NCBI GenBank assembly: GCA_903918885.1
Contig: CAIXFY010000009.1
Coordinates: 9,472 to 73,471 of the forward strand
Length of the DNA: 64,000 nt
Direction of reading: 5' to 3'
DNA from: an uncultured Verrucomicrobia subdivision 3 bacterium
GTDB lineage: Bacteria; Verrucomicrobiota; Verrucomicrobiia; Limisphaerales; UBA11358
Shown here one piece after another: positions 61,287 to 64,000 of the stretch. Numbering within the stretch: the first letter of the stretch is position 1; each line of letters begins with the position of its first letter. The position numbers and the translations under genes are program-made. The notes beneath the pieces are model-generated. The model saw nothing but the letters and a program-made list of their open reading frames with translations. It did no database searches and was not told where the DNA came from.

Positions 61287-62186
61287 ATGAAACGCTCCGC
61301 CTCCCATCAATTGAAACTTGGGCTCATCCAAACCGATGTGTCGGCCAATCCCGACGCGAACCTCAAAAAAACAATTTCGCTCATCGAACGTGCCGCCAAG
61401 TCCGGAGCGAAGATTATTTGCACGCAGGAACTGTTTCGCTCGCAGTATTTTTGCCAGAGCGAAGACCATGCAAACTTCAAGCTCGCCGAAAAAATTCCCG
61501 GTCCGACGACCGACGCGTTGCAGAAACTTGCGAAGAAACACAAAGTTGTCATCGTCGCCTCGCTGTTTGAGAAACGCGCCAGCGGCGTTTATCACAACAC
61601 CGCTGCCATCATTGATGCGGACGGCTCGCTGCTCGGCATCTACCGCAAGATGCACATTCCCGACGATCCGTTATTCTACGAGAAATTTTATTTCACGCCC
61701 GGCGACCTCGGGTTCAAAACTTGGCAGACGCGCTATGGCAAGATCGGTGTGTTGATTTGCTGGGATCAATGGTATCCCGAAGCCGCGCGCCTGACCGCGA
61801 TGCAGGGCGCGGAAATTCTTTTCTACCCGACCGCCATCGGCTGGCATCCGAGCGAGAAAAAAGAATACGGCGAACGCCAGCACGGCGCGTGGGAAACCAT
61901 CCAGCGCAGCCACGCCGTCGCGAACGGCTGCTTCGTCGCGTCCGTCAACCGCATCGGCCACGAAGTTATCCAAGGCGTGGGCGGCGACGGTTTGGAATTC
62001 TGGGGCCAAAGTTTTGTGGCCGGCACCTCCGGCGAAATCCTCGCCAAAGCCTCGGCGGACAAGGAAGAAATTCTGATCGTGCCCGTGGATCTCGCCAAAG
62101 TGGACACCACGCGCACGCACTGGCCCTTCCTGCGCGACCGCCGGATTGACGCCTACGGCAACCTGACAAAGCGGCTGGTGGATTGA
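61287..62186 (+). CDS. aguB: N-carbamoylputrescine amidase (nitrilase superfamily)
   Basis: CTQELF (Glu), YRKMHIP (Lys), ICWDQWYPE (Cys) catalytic triad contexts. Close overall resemblance to AguB. Confidence 0.88.
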   Translation: MKRSASHQLKLGLIQTDVSANPDANLKKTISLIERAAKSGAKIICTQELFRSQYFCQSEDHANFKLAEKIPGPTTDALQKLAKKHKVVIVASLFEKRASGVYHNTAAIIDADGSLLGIYRKMHIPDDPLFYEKFYFTPGDLGFKTWQTRYGKIGVLICWDQWYPEAARLTAMQGAEILFYPTAIGWHPSEKKEYGERQHGAWETIQRSHAVANGCFVASVNRIGHEVIQGVGGDGLEFWGQSFVAGTSGEILAKASADKEEILIVPVDLAKVDTTRTHWPFLRDRRIDAYGNLTKRLVD

Positions 62187-62237
62187 AGAGATTATAATTA
62201 TTTACAAACGGGGTTAAGTGGTAGATTTTTTGACGTT

Positions 62238-63008
62238 GTGAAGAACTTCCTTGTTTCAGTAGTAATGCTTCTCGGTTTTTTCATTTCATTACAGGCCGAA
62301 ACTTTCTCGACCTCGACGAATTCTGTTCAGACTCTAACTATTGGGACAAATGAGGCAATTTTCATAACAACCCTAAAGCACACTGGCAATCTTTCAGACC
62401 CATTGTTGGCAACAGTGACGCAAAACTTTAATACATCTGTTCTGCCGTTGTTAACAAAGTTGGGATGGGGAACTACTCCGGCTTACGCCTTTGCAGGGCC
62501 GATGACTATCCAGTTTCAACAAGCAAACGTAGTCATGGAGTTTCAGAGGGTTCAAACCACAAATGTGTTTACAACCATCTTCAACGCTTCGAACGGTGTG
62601 GTAATCAATGTGCCTACAAACAAAACAGTGAAATTCTTACAGCCGATTTCTTGGTTTTATTTGAATGATGTGGATAATGCCTATCCGGCAGCTTTGCTGA
62701 CCCTCTCAAATAGCACCACGGTTGTTAAAGACTCACTAGATGGCGGTGAGAACTTTTCTGAACCTGTGGATATTACACTCATTGCTGGTTATTCTGGCAT
62801 TGGCAATACATTTACCAACGGATGGGTTACCTATTATTTTACCGAAGAATTCGCCGCGCTTCCTATTGTCGGAGCTACGACTGTTCCTGCTGGAACTAGC
62901 ATGATAGCCATCGAAAAGTCACAAGATTTAGCGCATTGGAACACGATTTTTTTCAAACTTGTCGGAACCGATCAGACGGGTTTTTATCGGTTTAAGGTTT
63001 CAAACTGA
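62238..63008 (+). CDS. Hypothetical exported protein (low-GC gene)
   Basis: Signal peptide MKNFLVSVVMLLGFFISLQA. Thr/Asn-rich and beta-looking. Ends ..LAHWNTIFFKLVGTDQTGFYRFKVSN. Confidence 0.55.
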   Translation: MKNFLVSVVMLLGFFISLQAETFSTSTNSVQTLTIGTNEAIFITTLKHTGNLSDPLLATVTQNFNTSVLPLLTKLGWGTTPAYAFAGPMTIQFQQANVVMEFQRVQTTNVFTTIFNASNGVVINVPTNKTVKFLQPISWFYLNDVDNAYPAALLTLSNSTTVVKDSLDGGENFSEPVDITLIAGYSGIGNTFTNGWVTYYFTEEFAALPIVGATTVPAGTSMIAIEKSQDLAHWNTIFFKLVGTDQTGFYRFKVSN

Positions 63009-63685
63009 TTTTCTATAACTAATACTTTCCCTATGATTAAAGAGAAGGATTTCATTCTTAACCTGAGCGATTCGTTGTTTCTAAAAACTATTTTGTAGAT
63101 GAAATGCTTGCCTTGAAATGTTTCCGAGTGCTCTCGCTCACCAAGCTCCTCAATAGTTTTCTCGGAAAAACGGAAAGATTCAAAGCAATAAACAGCACTT
63201 CGTTTTATTGTTTTCAAATCATACCAGACCAACTCCTTTCGTAATTTCAAATCAGTTATTTTTCTGCCTTCGGAAAACTGGTTGATTCTTGTCAAAATTT
63301 CTTCGTCTGTTTCAGGCAGGACAAAGCCACGATTGCTGTGCTTGTGTCCGGGGAAGATGGATAACCGATGATAAATTCGCCGCGAAAAATTTCTGTCCGC
63401 TGGAGTTTCAATCGTCATCGGTAAGTCTGATTTGCGAATTTGCTCATCAAATTCAGTCGTTTTAAGGCTGTCTTTAACAAGTGATTTCTTTAATGGCAGC
63501 AATATAGAAAAATCCCTTTCGACGATTGATTCTACGCGACGATAAACAGACAAAAGGCATTTGTTTGAATCAAAATAGTCTGACAACTGCTGAATTGTAT
63601 CCTGATGATTTAGCCAAGCATCCATGCATCCATTTATGGGTTTTCCAAAATTCTTAACTGATTTTTTAGGTGTTCGCAATGGCAT
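62984..63685 (-). CDS. Hypothetical 233-aa cytoplasmic protein (low-GC gene)
   Basis: Uninterrupted ATG ORF, AT-rich, with no recognised motif. Its 3' end overlaps the convergent gene by 25 nt. Confidence 0.5.
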   Translation of the reverse strand: MPLRTPKKSVKNFGKPINGCMDAWLNHQDTIQQLSDYFDSNKCLLSVYRRVESIVERDFSILLPLKKSLVKDSLKTTEFDEQIRKSDLPMTIETPADRNFSRRIYHRLSIFPGHKHSNRGFVLPETDEEILTRINQFSEGRKITDLKLRKELVWYDLKTIKRSAVYCFESFRFSEKTIEELGEREHSETFQGKHFIYKIVFRNNESLRLRMKSFSLIIGKVLVIENQFETLNR

Positions 63686-63739
63686 TTGGGTTAGAAGTTT
63701 AGTTTGGCTTTGACTGTCTTGGTCGTAACATTTCCGGAC

Positions 63740-64000
63740 ATGAATCTAGCTTGGATCACCGGCGCGAACGGGCTGATTGGCAATTATCTCGTCCAGACCG
63801 CCCCGCAGTTTGCCCCACGCTGGCGCGTGCGGGCGCTGACGCGCGCGGATTTTGATTTGCTCGACTTCGCCGCCGTCGAACGCGAATTCCAGAAGGACAA
63901 ACCGCAACTCATCATTCATTGCGCCGCCATCACCGTTGTCAGCGAAGCCCAAAAAAATCCAGCGCTGGCGCGGCGGGTGAATGTGGAAGTTACAAAATTC
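63740..64000 (+). CDS. NAD-dependent epimerase/reductase (RmlD/dTDP-4-dehydrorhamnose reductase-like), 3'-partial
   Basis: MNLAWITGANGLIGNYL (GxxGxxG Rossmann) ...LIIHCAAIT. The frame is open to the window end. Not in the ORF track because no stop is reached. Confidence 0.7.
   Translation, partial: MNLAWITGANGLIGNYLVQTAPQFAPRWRVRALTRADFDLLDFAAVEREFQKDKPQLIIHCAAITVVSEAQKNPALARRVNVEVTKF

Noticed and set aside
1-64000. tRNA, rRNA, tmRNA, integrase/transposase genes, prophage genes and cas genes.
   Set aside because: A visual scan found no cloverleaf-type conserved T-loop/acceptor pattern, no rRNA-like conserved blocks, and no ORF with recombinase, transposase or Cas signatures. Absence cannot be proven without tRNAscan or Infernal.

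Overview
This is a high-GC (about 60% by eye) bacterial chromosomal segment. Gene content, pilin-like N-termini, Ig-repeat proteins ending in FYR-type tails and the style of GC-rich palindromic elements suggest a PVC-group (Verrucomicrobiota-like) organism, but that is a low-confidence inference. Most of the window is core housekeeping: tilS, rpsO-pnp, a polyprenyl synthase, an ECF sigma/anti-sigma pair, an orphan parA, gcvT, a 12-gene nuo operon (A-B-C-D-I-H-J-K-L-M-M'-N, no nuoEFG), gcvH, fpr, a glutaredoxin-like gene, recJ, an RRM protein, infA, ispD, ctpA, tsaD, hrpB, aspC-like, nrdJ, LOG, pabB-pabC, an L,D-transpeptidase, LemA/M48, gltX, HU, a Ser/Thr kinase and aguB. I found no rRNA, tRNA, CRISPR array, transposase or integrase. 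The most interesting locus is a clear SAM-I (S-box) riboswitch on the minus strand. It drives an operon of a threonine-synthase paralogue, an AT-rich unknown ORF, a GG-tailed MoaD/ThiS-type sulfur carrier and a stand-alone NIL-domain protein. I read this as a candidate protein-thiocarboxylate route to homocysteine/methionine. Other points worth a second look: a DUF4160/DUF2442 toxin-antitoxin-like cassette bracketed by a duplicated gltX 3' end with a 33-bp perfect direct repeat. A roughly 41-bp-period degenerate tandem array lies next to a low-GC islet. Short repetitive or palindromic elements sit in frame inside tsaD, recJ and pabB. Bracketed double-hairpin REP-like elements occur three times around the riboswitch operon. 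A His/Arg-rich 32-codon micro-ORF/hairpin bridges nuoA and nuoB. The complex I operon has two nuoM copies and a long NuoL. All coordinates and motifs were read by eye from the sequence and the ORF track, and no database search was possible.
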